A stretch of DNA of 29,000 nt from a candidate division FCPU426 bacterium (lineage in GTDB: Bacteria; Oederibacteriota; JAAXVQ01; JAUVAV01), in NCBI GenBank assembly GCA_030637655.1, contig DAOWGI010000017.1, forward strand, positions 1 to 29,000. Reading direction: 5' to 3'. Positions 1-8,997 of this stretch are shown here, in pieces (position 1 is the stretch's first letter; each line of letters starts with the position of its first letter). Both the position numbers and the translations under genes were made by a program. Under the pieces are notes generated by a model. It was not told the DNA's origin. It worked only from the letters and a program-made list of their open reading frames with translations, and did not search any database.

Positions 1-2504
1 GTAGTCACCATAGTAACCTGAGTTACTTTTTCCAGATTCCCGCTCTGTTTCCTTTCACGATAATACCCGGAAATAAAATGAATGGAGTAGTCAATCCCAA
101 TACCAATAGAAACCGAGGCCACCAAAGCTGTTCCAATTTCCAGAGGAATGTGAAAAAATCCCATTATGCCAAAATTGATCAGCAAGCAAATAGCCAACGG
201 CAAAATACCCATCAAACCGGCCCAGAAAGAACGCACATAAATGGCGAGCACAATAAGCACGAACAAAAGCGAGAGAAGAATACTGGTAATCTGGGTTTTT
301 ATCACATATTCATTAACAGCCAAAATAATCTCAGCCATGCCCACGGTTTCCAGAGAATATCCCAGTGGTTCAATGTGCTTTTTCGCATACTCCAGAATAT
401 CGTTTTTTAATTTCTTAATAAATTGCGGATGACCGTTATTCATCTGCACAGTCATTTTAGCGCTGGTAGGATTGTCCATATTATTTATAAAATCATCCAG
501 ATTGCCGGAATAAAGCACCAAATACTGGGAAATCAACCGGCGTAGCCCGGCTTTGTCCTTTTTTCCATATTTGGCAGGATCATACGGAATTTCATTAAAC
601 GCCTCAGCTTTGTGATCCCTTTCCTTGCTTACAGCCTCCACTAGCTCTTCCCCGGAAAGATCACGGCTTTCCGTCCGGCGCAATGATGGCTGCCTGATCC
701 CAGAGCGTTCTTGGTTCGTCACCTTTTCCTGTGCTGCTGCTTCATCCTCATCAACATGCATGACTTTATTCATTCGTTTGACCATATCCGCAAAAGAGAG
801 CACTTGCTTGACTTCCGGATATTTGTGTTTCAAGTATTTACCCATATCATCCATAGCCTTGAGAATATCCGGTTCCTTCAAACTTTTCAGAACAACCGTT
901 TGCTTCTCTTGTTTCGGCGCTGAAGCAACAGGTTCATCCAAAGTGGTAAAATCATCCTCTACCGCGAAATCATCATCCCCTACGGTTTGCGTTTCTGCCG
1001 CCACTGTGAAATCATCCTCTGCTACTACTTCTTCTTCTCTCCCTTCCACATGCAAATACATAATGGTCGAGCCATTAAAATGCTCATTGGAGTATTTATC
1101 CGCCTGCCGGATATCTGTGTTCGGCTTAAAATAATTTATAATTTCCTCGCCAATAATAATTTTCTGAATACCCACTACCGCCAAGACCACTACCACCAGC
1201 GCTAAAACAATAACTCGCACCGCACGTTTAGTAAAAAAGTGATAAACTCCCATAAGCATCTGAGTAGCCCAAGTTTCTCTACCAGTGGCCGGTTTTACAC
1301 CCATATGCCGCAAAGGATGTTTCTGCATCAGCAGCAAGGCCGGTATCAAGATTAAGGTGGCCAGCAAAGCCATGGCAACACCAATGGCTGTAAACAATCC
1401 GAAATTCCGCACCATCAGAATACTACTGGACATCAAGGAACCAAAACCGGCCATGGTGGTAATGCCGGTTAAAAAAATAGGAACACCTATTTTGCGAAGC
1501 GTGCCATATACAATTTGCCGATTCTCAGTCTTCCCCACCTCTTGGTGTTCACACGTGTAGGCTGCCAATTCATCGTAATAATGGCTGATCAAATGAATTC
1601 CATATGCGCTGCCAATAGCCACCAGGAGTACGGGTATGGCTGAAGACATTACCGCAAAATCCACCTGACACAGAGGCATCAATCCCATGGTCCAGATGCA
1701 ACTAACAACTACCGTAAGCGTAGTTAATAGTACTCCGCTGATATTGCGAAAGGCAAAGTAAAGAATGATCAGAGTCGCCACTAAAACAAATGGTACCAGA
1801 CGCAACATGTCATCCTTGATCCCCTGCGAGACCAGCATGCTCACTGCTTCATTGCCAACCACGTGAAACGAGGTGCGTTCATCCTCAAAACGTTTTAGGG
1901 TCTCCTGAATCTCGGCAAAAGCTTGTTTTTCTTCATCGCCACTGGTAGGCATCATTTGCATTTGCTTGATATTTTTCCCGTTCTCGTCTTTGACCTCAAT
2001 AGTTTGCATGGTCTCGGTTACCAAAGTGACAATAATCTGCGTAGCTTTTAAGTCATCTGAATATAAAAATCCCTGATACAAATCCCAGGAAAACAACCTT
2101 GCTTTAATCTTTAAAAGATCCTCTTCCGTAGCAGGCAAGTGGGGAACAATTTTTCCAACCGCAATACCGCCCTCCATTCCTTCCATATAATCGGTGTTCA
2201 TAAGCGAGGTTACGTTTTCTACGTATGGGATATTCTCAATAACACGGGTTACCTGATCCAGCTTATGCATGGTATCCAGAGAAAATATCGTATCTCCTTC
2301 AACCCGCATTATAATCATAATCACTTCATTATTACCGTAGCTGGATTCGAGTTTCCTGGACTTCTGTTTGGCCGGATGCTTGTCCATCAGGAAATTCCGG
2401 AGTGAATTATCAATCGTCATCCTGGGTATCTGCCAGCCCAAAAAACCGGTAATGCCTAAGACCAACACTAGAATAAGCAGTGGGTAGCGATATATATATT
2501 TCAT
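1..2504 (-). CDS. MMPL/RND-family transporter, 3' end runs off the window
   Basis: Absent from the ORF track because no stop falls in the window. Manual translation from ATG at 2504 (GGAGG RBS at 2516-2520) gives MKYIYRYPLLILVLVLGITGFLGWQIPRMTIDNSLRNFL..., then LVAIGSAYGIH (~1590-1625) and VSIGIGIDYSIHF (~75-115) in the same frame, the two TM4-type motifs of MMPL proteins. Confidence 0.92.
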   Translation of the reverse strand, partial: MKYIYRYPLLILVLVLGITGFLGWQIPRMTIDNSLRNFLMDKHPAKQKSRKLESSYGNNEVIMIIMRVEGDTIFSLDTMHKLDQVTRVIENIPYVENVTSLMNTDYMEGMEGGIAVGKIVPHLPATEEDLLKIKARLFSWDLYQGFLYSDDLKATQIIVTLVTETMQTIEVKDENGKNIKQMQMMPTSGDEEKQAFAEIQETLKRFEDERTSFHVVGNEAVSMLVSQGIKDDMLRLVPFVLVATLIILYFAFRNISGVLLTTLTVVVSCIWTMGLMPLCQVDFAVMSSAIPVLLVAIGSAYGIHLISHYYDELAAYTCEHQEVGKTENRQIVYGTLRKIGVPIFLTGITTMAGFGSLMSSSILMVRNFGLFTAIGVAMALLATLILIPALLLMQKHPLRHMGVKPATGRETWATQMLMGVYHFFTKRAVRVIVLALVVVVLAVVGIQKIIIGEEIINYFKPNTDIRQADKYSNEHFNGSTIMYLHVEGREEEVVAEDDFTVAAETQTVGDDDFAVEDDFTTLDEPVASAPKQEKQTVVLKSLKEPDILKAMDDMGKYLKHKYPEVKQVLSFADMVKRMNKVMHVDEDEAAAQEKVTNQERSGIRQPSLRRTESRDLSGEELVEAVSKERDHKAEAFNEIPYDPAKYGKKDKAGLRRLISQYLVLYSGNLDDFINNMDNPTSAKMTVQMNNGHPQFIKKLKNDILEYAKKHIEPLGYSLETVGMAEIILAVNEYVIKTQITSILLSLLFVLIVLAIYVRSFWAGLMGILPLAICLLINFGIMGFFHIPLEIGTALVASVSIGIGIDYSIHFISGYYRERKQSGNLEKVTQVTMVT

Positions 2505-2542
2505 TAAAAATATTTCCTCCGTGCAACAGTAAAAAAACCGTA

Positions 2543-3331
2543 TTATTGAGATTTGGCGCGTTGGATGTCTTTTGCCCGAAATGTGCCATCCGTGGTAATC
2601 CACTCAACACCCTGCTCCGCCAAACGCCGGGCCCAGTGCTGATCATTAACAGTCCAGACAGCTATTTTAATCCCTGCTTTATGGATGGCATAGAAAAAAG
2701 TATCCAATACTTTATACTGTTTATCAAATACTTGCAGCCACCGTTGGTTTAAAAAAATGGCTTCCAGCCCAATTTCATTATTAAACTCCAATATTTTATT
2801 GATAAAACCATTCACCGCCTTTTTGCTGGTGGGCATCAGCATTCCATAATCCTGGTTGTACAGAACACCCAGACGCAGTTTGTCAGAAATATTTCGTAAG
2901 GCTTTGAGAAATTTCCCAGCCACAGTGGTTACAATTACCCTTTCCTCCAATTGGTTGGCAGCCAAAAGTTCGTATAAAAGCGCACTGTCTGCTGTGGCAA
3001 TCCATTTCCCTTTGCTCAATTGCGCTTTAACATCCAGATGAATATGCACTGAAAGCGTGCTCACATACGCCAGCCAGGCTTCCAGGGTCAGCAATTGACC
3101 GCGAAATTCAGCAAACAGAGTTTTTGAGATGGTTTGGCCTTGGTGTCTTTTTTCATGATGAACGACCAGGATGTTATCCTGCGACATACGGACATCACAT
3201 TCAATGTAGACCTGTTCAGGATCGGTTATAGCAGCCAGGACTTGGTCTACAGCTGCCAGGCTGTTGCAGCGATGCGCTATTATATTCGGTAGCGATGGAT
3301 AAACAAATGGTGGCATGGTTTCTCTTTGCAT
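2543..3331 (-). CDS. Glycerophosphodiester phosphodiesterase (GDPD) family protein
   Basis: IIAHR, IECDVRMSQDNILVVHH, HLDVK, AVWTVND and GVEWITTD match GDPD motifs. The start could instead be the second Met (3316). Confidence 0.85.
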   Translation of the reverse strand: MQRETMPPFVYPSLPNIIAHRCNSLAAVDQVLAAITDPEQVYIECDVRMSQDNILVVHHEKRHQGQTISKTLFAEFRGQLLTLEAWLAYVSTLSVHIHLDVKAQLSKGKWIATADSALLYELLAANQLEERVIVTTVAGKFLKALRNISDKLRLGVLYNQDYGMLMPTSKKAVNGFINKILEFNNEIGLEAIFLNQRWLQVFDKQYKVLDTFFYAIHKAGIKIAVWTVNDQHWARRLAEQGVEWITTDGTFRAKDIQRAKSQ

Positions 3332-3357
3332 ATGTTGTTGTTTTTTAAGGACATTTT

Positions 3358-3366
3358 ATTTTATCA
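3358..3366 (-). promoter_or_regulatory. Possible extended -10 (TGATAAAAT) for the GDPD/MMPL genes
   Basis: TGn+TAAAAT on the minus strand about 27 bp upstream of the ATG at 3331. Short motif in AT-rich DNA. Confidence 0.35.
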
Positions 3367-3445
3367 TTTTTTTCGCTTCCAGGAAAGAATTCAAGTACTC
3401 AATATCCCATAAAATTGAATTCCAGCCTAATTCCCGCGCAAATCA

Positions 3446-3454
3446 TGCTATAGT
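3446..3454 (+). promoter_or_regulatory. Possible extended -10 (TGCTATAGT) for lgt
   Basis: TGn+TATAGT 30 bp upstream of the lgt start, with an AGGA RBS in between. Confidence 0.45.
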
Positions 3455-3484
3455 AGTCTGACCTTAAAAAGCCAGGAACCTGAT

Positions 3485-4342
3485 ATGAGTACAACCACCC
3501 ATTGGGTACACAACCTCAATCCAATTGTTCTGCAATTGGGCGATCATTTCGCCATACGTTGGTACGGGCTGGCATATATGACCGGCTTCATCATCGCCTA
3601 TTTTCTGCTGCGCTTTTATACTAAAAAAAAATTGCTGCCATTTAACGAGGACCAAATTTCGACGATTATTATCGCGAATCTCTTAGGTGTATTTATCGGC
3701 GGACGTTTGGGCTACATGCTTTTGTATGCCTGGCCGGAATGGTTTTCAGACCCTTTATTGTTTTTTAAAATCTGGCAAGGCGGAATGTCAAGCCACGGGG
3801 GATTTGTCGGAGTCTTAATCGCTATCGGCTGGATTGCCAAACGCTACCAGTATTCCTATTTCAGACTAAACGATCTTATCTGTACCTTGGTACCCCCGGG
3901 ACTCTTTTTAGGACGAATGGCGAACTTCATTAACGGTGAACTGTGGGGGAAAATCTCAACAGTGCCGTGGGCTGTTGTCTTTCCCCAAAGCATGCCCGGA
4001 GGGAGTCCGATCGCTTTGATCCCACCGCGCCATCCATCTCAAATCTACGAAGCCTTGTTGGAAGGGCTTCTACTTTTATGTTATACCCAGTGGCGATTGT
4101 GGAAGAGCAAGGCACTGCTTTCCCCAGGACGGCTCTCAGGCGAATTTCTATTCCTGTATGCCGTGGTCCGGATCGTAGGTGAACAGTTTCGTGAACCGGA
4201 CGCCTCACTACTGTTGGGAATGAGCCGGGGCATTTTTTACAGCTTATTCATCGCGCTCCTGGGTTCTCTCTCTATCTGGTTGTCTTTCCAGACAGCATCA
4301 CAAAAAAAGCGGAGCTTTCAGGGGGACCGCAGGTCCCCCTGA
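3485..4342 (+). CDS. lgt: Prolipoprotein diacylglyceryl transferase
   Basis: IRWYGLAY, GGRLGY, WQGGMSSHGG, GRMANFINGELWG, RHPSQIYEA and EQFREPD motifs. Confidence 0.97.
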   Translation: MSTTTHWVHNLNPIVLQLGDHFAIRWYGLAYMTGFIIAYFLLRFYTKKKLLPFNEDQISTIIIANLLGVFIGGRLGYMLLYAWPEWFSDPLLFFKIWQGGMSSHGGFVGVLIAIGWIAKRYQYSYFRLNDLICTLVPPGLFLGRMANFINGELWGKISTVPWAVVFPQSMPGGSPIALIPPRHPSQIYEALLEGLLLLCYTQWRLWKSKALLSPGRLSGEFLFLYAVVRIVGEQFREPDASLLLGMSRGIFYSLFIALLGSLSIWLSFQTASQKKRSFQGDRRSP

Positions 4343-4429
4343 CGCAAACGCCGATGCGTTTTGCTGGCCCCTCCTATCCAATTCAGGGGCTCCGCCCCCG
4401 AACCCCCGCTCTCTATCTTTATAGAGAGC
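4308..4429. repeat. GC-rich REP-like hairpin cluster overlapping the lgt stop
   Basis: CAGGGGGACC-GCA-GGTCCCCCTG (4319-4341), CAGGGGCTCCGCCCCCGAACCCCCGCT (4384-4410) and GCTCTCTAT-CTTT-ATAGAGAGC (4408-4429). Confidence 0.6.
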
Positions 4430-4481
4430 CACAGTAACTTACCGCCGCCGATCTATTTTTTCAAGGCTGGCCGTACAGACC

Positions 4482-4678
4482 CTACGGCAATAACCATTTC
4501 AGTTCATCCATAGCTTCTATGAGGGCTCTTGTTTCTCTTTGCCTGACTGCCGGATTATTCAGATTTTCTGTAACCTGGATTAATCCCGCCGGAGATCGTC
4601 CCTTTTTGTGCTGTCGCCGGGCGTATGCAGCATTTCATTCTGTTCGATCACAATTTCCTTCAGCAACTTTTTATCCAT
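4482..4678 (-). pseudogene. Internally deleted remnant of an AAA_14/DUF4143-type ATPase gene
   Basis: ATG at 4678 gives MDKKLLKEIVIEQNEML..., which resembles the N-terminus of this family. A second frame gives KKGRSPAGLIQVTENLNNPAVRQRETRALIEAMDELKWLLP* (stop 4482-4484), which resembles its C-terminus. No P-loop lies between them. Confidence 0.6.
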
Positions 4679-4688
4679 CCTGGCCCCT

Positions 4689-4750
4689 GTTAGTTCTCAT
4701 TGACAATGAACAATAACTGTATTGTGTTTTCATTAGCAATGAGAACTAAC
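4689..4750. repeat. 62-bp imperfect palindrome with perfect 14-bp outer arms
   Basis: GTTAGTTCTCATTG...CAATGAGAACTAAC, with inner pairing AATGAA/TTCATT and CAATA/TATTG. Confidence 0.75.
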
Positions 4751-4787
4751 TTCTCCGCGCGGAAAATAAACGGCTAATATATTTTTA

Positions 4788-4926
4788 ATAATATGTCAGT
4801 GGAGCGTTTTTTTTAGTTTGGCATTCCCGATTACAACTGCCTGCGGGCTGCCTAAGGCGTCCCTATATATCTTTTCCGGTCGGGGAATAACAAACTTTGT
4901 TTAACTGCAGTTCACTGACATGTTAC
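4788..4926 (+). mobile_element. Degenerate copy of the GTAACATGTCAGT MITE
   Basis: Left end ATAATATGTCAGTGGAGCGTTTTTTT and right end CTTTGTTTAACTGCAGTTCACTGACATGTTAC match the copy at 22749-22911. The interior is divergent and no TSD is visible. Confidence 0.75.
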
Positions 4927-5015
4927 GAGTCACACCCGGGGGTATTTTAAGCTGGTTTTGCCAGGTTGGGAATGATTAATTTTTTTTCAACAGCACGGTT
5001 CTAACATCGTCTACT

Positions 5016-5088
5016 GTAGAAGCGATCCTTGCTTGTGCCCTTATTTTGGGTATGAACGCCCTCGGGCGAATACAAGATTCGCCCCTAC
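5016..5088. repeat. GTAG-family REP doublet with a nested 21-bp insert
   Basis: GTAGAAGCGATCCTTG[CTTGTGCCCTTATTTTGGGTA]TGAACGCCC-TC-GGGCGAATACAAGATTCGCCCCTAC. Confidence 0.8.
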
Positions 5089-5204
5089 AACATTGTTTGG
5101 GGGGGCCCTGAGATAGAATAGTTAATTGAACTGCTTTGTTAGCTGCTAAATAATTCAGTATCCTGTCACCACATCACTTGAATGTCCCTATTTCCGCTAA
5201 ACCG

Positions 5205-5939
5205 CTAAGCCTCTTCTTTTTTATCGGAAAAGTCGTTGCAGTCTTCCAGGGATTGGTCTTCTTTCCGGGCTAATTGGTCGTATTTCTCTTGGCTAAGAAA
5301 ACGGGCATTGAGAAAGAAATTTTTTCGATAGATATAACATTCCGCCGGTTTGTCTTCAGAGCGGTCTAAAAATATTGCCAGGTCCTTATCTTTCCCGATA
5401 AATTCCCGGGATATCATTTGCGGGACATTTTTATGAACAATAAGATTGAGTTCCGTCAAACCGCTGCATAGGCTCATTTTACACAGGTTCCTTTTTTCAA
5501 GTTCACGCAATTCTTTTGCCTGTTCCGAATCCATGGGCATCTCCTTCTGGGTGTAAAGCTTATCTTTTTTATTATGAAATTTAATTGTCTTGACTGTTGT
5601 TGCTTTGATTTTATCGTAAAGTTCCCATACATCAAAGGGTTTTTCTATTAAATCATCCATACCCGCTTGCAGGCAGCGCTGCCTTTCATATTCTGCTCCA
5701 GCAGTCACAGCCAAAATCGGGATATATTTTTCTTTGCGGCGGATGAGTTTGGTTGCTTCGCATCCATCCATGATCGGCATAGCAACATCCATGAGACAAA
5801 GATCATAATTGCCATTATGGATTTTTTCAGCAGCATCCCGGCCGTTGGCCGCCACATCAGCCTCAAAACCCCAGTCAGCTAATAAAAACTGCATCACATC
5901 CCGCAATGGTTTGCGGTCCTCAGCAATAAGAATTTTCAT
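5205..5939 (-). CDS. Response regulator (REC domain) with an unrecognised C-terminal domain
   Basis: MKILIAED...DLCLMDVAMPIMDG...PILAVTA...DDLIEKPF. Start placed at the ATG at 5939; the ORF track uses GTG at 5954. Confidence 0.88.
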   Translation of the reverse strand: MKILIAEDRKPLRDVMQFLLADWGFEADVAANGRDAAEKIHNGNYDLCLMDVAMPIMDGCEATKLIRRKEKYIPILAVTAGAEYERQRCLQAGMDDLIEKPFDVWELYDKIKATTVKTIKFHNKKDKLYTQKEMPMDSEQAKELRELEKRNLCKMSLCSGLTELNLIVHKNVPQMISREFIGKDKDLAIFLDRSEDKPAECYIYRKNFFLNARFLSQEKYDQLARKEDQSLEDCNDFSDKKEEA

Positions 5940-6118
5940 TGTAGCAATTCTCACTTTTTCTCTTGAATATTAACTCTGAGTCGTTTCCCCAGCCATGCTG
6001 AATTGTATGTTTTTTTGTGCAAGTTCGTCCAGTAAAAAAAAGGGTTATATTGCCTGATACTTAAATCCACTAAACCACGGATACACACTGATATACGCAA
6101 ATAATACAAAATTATAAG

Positions 6119-6147
6119 GTGACGTTTTTTACAAAAATCCGTATGAT
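6119..6147 (+). promoter_or_regulatory. Possible sigma70 promoter GTGACG-17bp-TATGAT
   Basis: 17-bp spacing, located 33 bp before the ATG at 6181, which has an AAGGAG RBS. Confidence 0.45.
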
Positions 6148-6180
6148 ATGTAAAAAAAGAGCCGCAAAGGAGAACCCATC

Positions 6181-6489
6181 ATGATCGTTGCCAGCATCAC
6201 GGTTTACGTCAAACCGGAGCATATTGATGATTTCATTCAAGCCACTATTGCCAATCATCAGGATTCGATCCAGGAACCGGGTAATTTGCGCTTTGATGTT
6301 TTGCAATGCCAGGATGATTCCACACGTTTTTTATTATACGAAGCTTATGACTCCGAAAGCTCCGCTGCAGCTCATAAAAAAACCGGCCATTACTTAAAAT
6401 GGCGCGAAACGGTTGAGCCCTGGATGGCCAAACCGCGCACAGGTATTCTGCACACGGTCATTGCTCCTGATAAACGCGAACAATGGTAA
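6181..6489 (+). CDS. Antibiotic biosynthesis monooxygenase (ABM) family protein, LsrG-like
   Basis: VKPEHIDDFI...EPGNLRFDVLQ...FLLYEAY...AHKKTGHYLKWRETVEPWMAKPR; AAGGAG RBS. Confidence 0.9.
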   Translation: MIVASITVYVKPEHIDDFIQATIANHQDSIQEPGNLRFDVLQCQDDSTRFLLYEAYDSESSAAAHKKTGHYLKWRETVEPWMAKPRTGILHTVIAPDKREQW

Positions 6490-7667
6490 TTCCGGACTTT
6501 GTTTTTTCCAGACTCCCAAAAATCATCTTTGGTTCCGGAAAATTCAAGCTGCTGCCTGAAATCATTAAAGAGCAAGCTCAGCATGTGCTGTTAGTCACAG
6601 GCAAGCATTCCTTTCGCCGGACCTGTCAGTGGAATTTACTTATTGAAAATTTAAATGCTCAAGGTACTGTTTGGCAGGATTTCATAATTGCCGCTGAACC
6701 TTCTCCGGCCCTGATCGACGAAGCAGTCCAAGCCAACGCAGATAACAATATCGATTTGCTAGTCGCCATCGGAGGCGGGAGTGTGATTGATGCGGGTAAA
6801 GCAATTTCCGCCATGCTGACGCTCCAAGCTCCGGTGCAAGAGTATCTGGAAGGTGTTGGCAATAAAAAACATCCTGGCAACAAACTTCCCTTTATTGCTG
6901 TGCCCACCACCTCAGGCACTGGGACCGAAGCCACGAAGAATGCCTCGCTCAGCCAGGTGGGCAAAACCGGTTTCAAAAAATCCTTGCGCCATGACAATTT
7001 CGTGCCGGATATCGCTTTGTTGGATCCACAATTATCCGTATCTTGTCCTAAAGAAATTACTGCGAATTGCGGGATGGATGCTTTTGCGCAACTGCTGGAA
7101 TCCTATGTTTCACCCAAAAGCACTCCCTTAACAGACGCGCTGGCAATCAGCGGCTTGGAAGCTATTCGCGATAGTCTGCTCACAGCATATCAGGAAAACG
7201 GAAACATAGAAGCGCGGGCCGGCATGGCGTATGCCGCGCTGTTATCAGGTATCACCTTGGCACACGCCGGTTTAGGTATTGTCCATTCCCTCTCTTCCAC
7301 TATAGGTGGATATTGCACAATTCCGCACGGTGTAATCTGCGGCACTCTGTTGGGTCCGGGTATGAAAATGAATATCGAAAAGCTAAAACAGCAAGGCAAA
7401 GCCAGTTTTTCGTCCTTGCACAAGCACGCCAAAGTAGGCGCCTTACTGCGCAAACAACCGCTTAAGGATGTGTTTCAAGGATGCGAGTGGTTACTACAAA
7501 CCATTGCTGAGTGGAAAACATTTTTGAAATTACCGGGTCTTAAATCATTTGGAATGGAATCCAGCGACGTAGAACACCTTGCCTCAGAAACTCCCATCCG
7601 CAACAATCCGGTTCATTTGGAAACAGAGGACATTCAAAATATTCTGCTGGAAAATTTGAAATCATAG
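6483..7667 (+). CDS. Iron-containing alcohol dehydrogenase
   Basis: GGGSVIDAGKA, VPTTSGTGTEAT, GMDAFAQLLE, GLGIVHSL and IPHG motifs. Overlaps the stop of the upstream gene. Confidence 0.95.
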   Translation: MVIPDFVFSRLPKIIFGSGKFKLLPEIIKEQAQHVLLVTGKHSFRRTCQWNLLIENLNAQGTVWQDFIIAAEPSPALIDEAVQANADNNIDLLVAIGGGSVIDAGKAISAMLTLQAPVQEYLEGVGNKKHPGNKLPFIAVPTTSGTGTEATKNASLSQVGKTGFKKSLRHDNFVPDIALLDPQLSVSCPKEITANCGMDAFAQLLESYVSPKSTPLTDALAISGLEAIRDSLLTAYQENGNIEARAGMAYAALLSGITLAHAGLGIVHSLSSTIGGYCTIPHGVICGTLLGPGMKMNIEKLKQQGKASFSSLHKHAKVGALLRKQPLKDVFQGCEWLLQTIAEWKTFLKLPGLKSFGMESSDVEHLASETPIRNNPVHLETEDIQNILLENLKS

Positions 7668-7763
7668 GCGCGAACCTTTGCTTGTCACGCCGAAGTCGAC
7701 GACGAAGGCGGATGTTCGCCCGTTAAATATTTTTTATAGAGACGCGATTAATCGCGTCTCTAC
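7664..7763. repeat. REP pair between convergent genes, one carrying a nested 32-bp hairpin
   Basis: ATAGGCGCGAACCTTTG[CTTGTCACGCCGAAGTCGACGACGAAGGCGGA]TGTTCGCCC, then the perfect palindrome TAGAGACGCGATTAATCGCGTCTCTA (7737-7762). May double as a bidirectional terminator. Confidence 0.8.
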
Positions 7764-7769
7764 CTGAAT

Positions 7770-8975
7770 TTATTTACGCAATGCTTCGGCGGGTTGCAAT
7801 TTACCCGCATACCGTGCCGGGATCATAGCTGCCACGGCCGGAACAATGATGGATAGCACCATCGCGGAAATCAATGCCACCAGCGATAGCGTTGGATGTA
7901 TTATGTACTCAACCGGGAAACCTTCCATGGAATCTATGAATGCTTCAAAGTTGATGCCTGAGTAGTGAAAGTAAGTAATAATTCCGTAACCAAACAACGC
8001 ACCGGGAATACCTCCGGCTGCCCCAATAATTGCGCCTTCCAAAGTAAAATTCAGGAACAATTCCCGATCAGACATACCAATGGCTTTCAGAGTGCCGATC
8101 TCATGCAAGCGCTCAAAAATGGCCATCATCATGGTATTGATAACCACAAACGAGGCCAGAAACAGAATCAAGGCTTCGATAAATAAATATACATATTTCA
8201 TGGTGGCAAACATTGAATACATGGGTCCGATCTGCTCTTGGTAGCTCATGCTTACCGTACCTTCAGGCAAGACCTTTTTAACAGCAGCATGAACAGCATC
8301 TGTCTGTTTTTCCTGCTCAGTAAACACAAAAAGCTCGGTTGTGCCTGCATAAATTTTCAACAGACGTTTGGCATCCTCCAACTGGACAATGAACGTCTTT
8401 TTATTATACGCGGCCACACCCATATTATAAATTCCGGCTACCGGCAATTTTATCCCATTCAAGCCGCCTTCTGAGGTTTTGGTGGCCAGGAGCAACTTAT
8501 CTCCCACCTGCACTGCCAATTTTTTGGCTAAATCCATACCCATATAAATCCCGCGCGTCTCAACACTTCCCTCGATCATTTTATCTTTAACTTTCAGATT
8601 GGTGTTTAAAACATCCAAACCGAGCCCAAAAGCGCTCACCGTAGTATCATCATTCCCCAGTAAAATACCAAAGCGAATACGTTCTTCGACATGCTGAACA
8701 CCCGGTATTTTTTCAACCTGCTGTTTAATGGCATCGGATTCCAACATCAGGCTGTCCACCGGAATAAAGCGTTCGCGTTCCACAAACTCTTCGGTGGTAA
8801 TCCGCACATTCCCGGTTTGATAAACAATAAAATTCTGCATATACAAATCAATCATGCCATTGATCCAACCCTGGGCCAGACCCACAATCATAGCGCCAAA
8901 AAATATAGCCAAGGCAGTCAAAAAACTGCGGCGCCGGTTGCGCAAAACATTTCGAAAGGCAAATTTGAATAACAT
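7770..8975 (-). CDS. ABC transporter permease, FtsX/MacB/LolE-like
   Basis: AFRNVLRNRRRSFLT, INTMMMAIFERLHEIGTLKAIG and PAEALR. True start is the ATG at 8975 (AAGGAGGT RBS); the ORF-track extension is REP sequence. Confidence 0.93.
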   Translation of the reverse strand: MLFKFAFRNVLRNRRRSFLTALAIFFGAMIVGLAQGWINGMIDLYMQNFIVYQTGNVRITTEEFVERERFIPVDSLMLESDAIKQQVEKIPGVQHVEERIRFGILLGNDDTTVSAFGLGLDVLNTNLKVKDKMIEGSVETRGIYMGMDLAKKLAVQVGDKLLLATKTSEGGLNGIKLPVAGIYNMGVAAYNKKTFIVQLEDAKRLLKIYAGTTELFVFTEQEKQTDAVHAAVKKVLPEGTVSMSYQEQIGPMYSMFATMKYVYLFIEALILFLASFVVINTMMMAIFERLHEIGTLKAIGMSDRELFLNFTLEGAIIGAAGGIPGALFGYGIITYFHYSGINFEAFIDSMEGFPVEYIIHPTLSLVALISAMVLSIIVPAVAAMIPARYAGKLQPAEALRK

Positions 8976-8997
8976 GGTATTGACCTCCTTAAATGCC

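Noticed and set aside
78-2405. Plus-strand ORFs 78-410, 625-1134, 1285-1560, 2139-2405 and others
   Set aside because: Antisense shadows of the MMPL gene on the minus strand.
4519-4716. 65-aa plus-strand ORF
   Set aside because: No RBS or motif; the opposite strand is better explained as an ATPase remnant.
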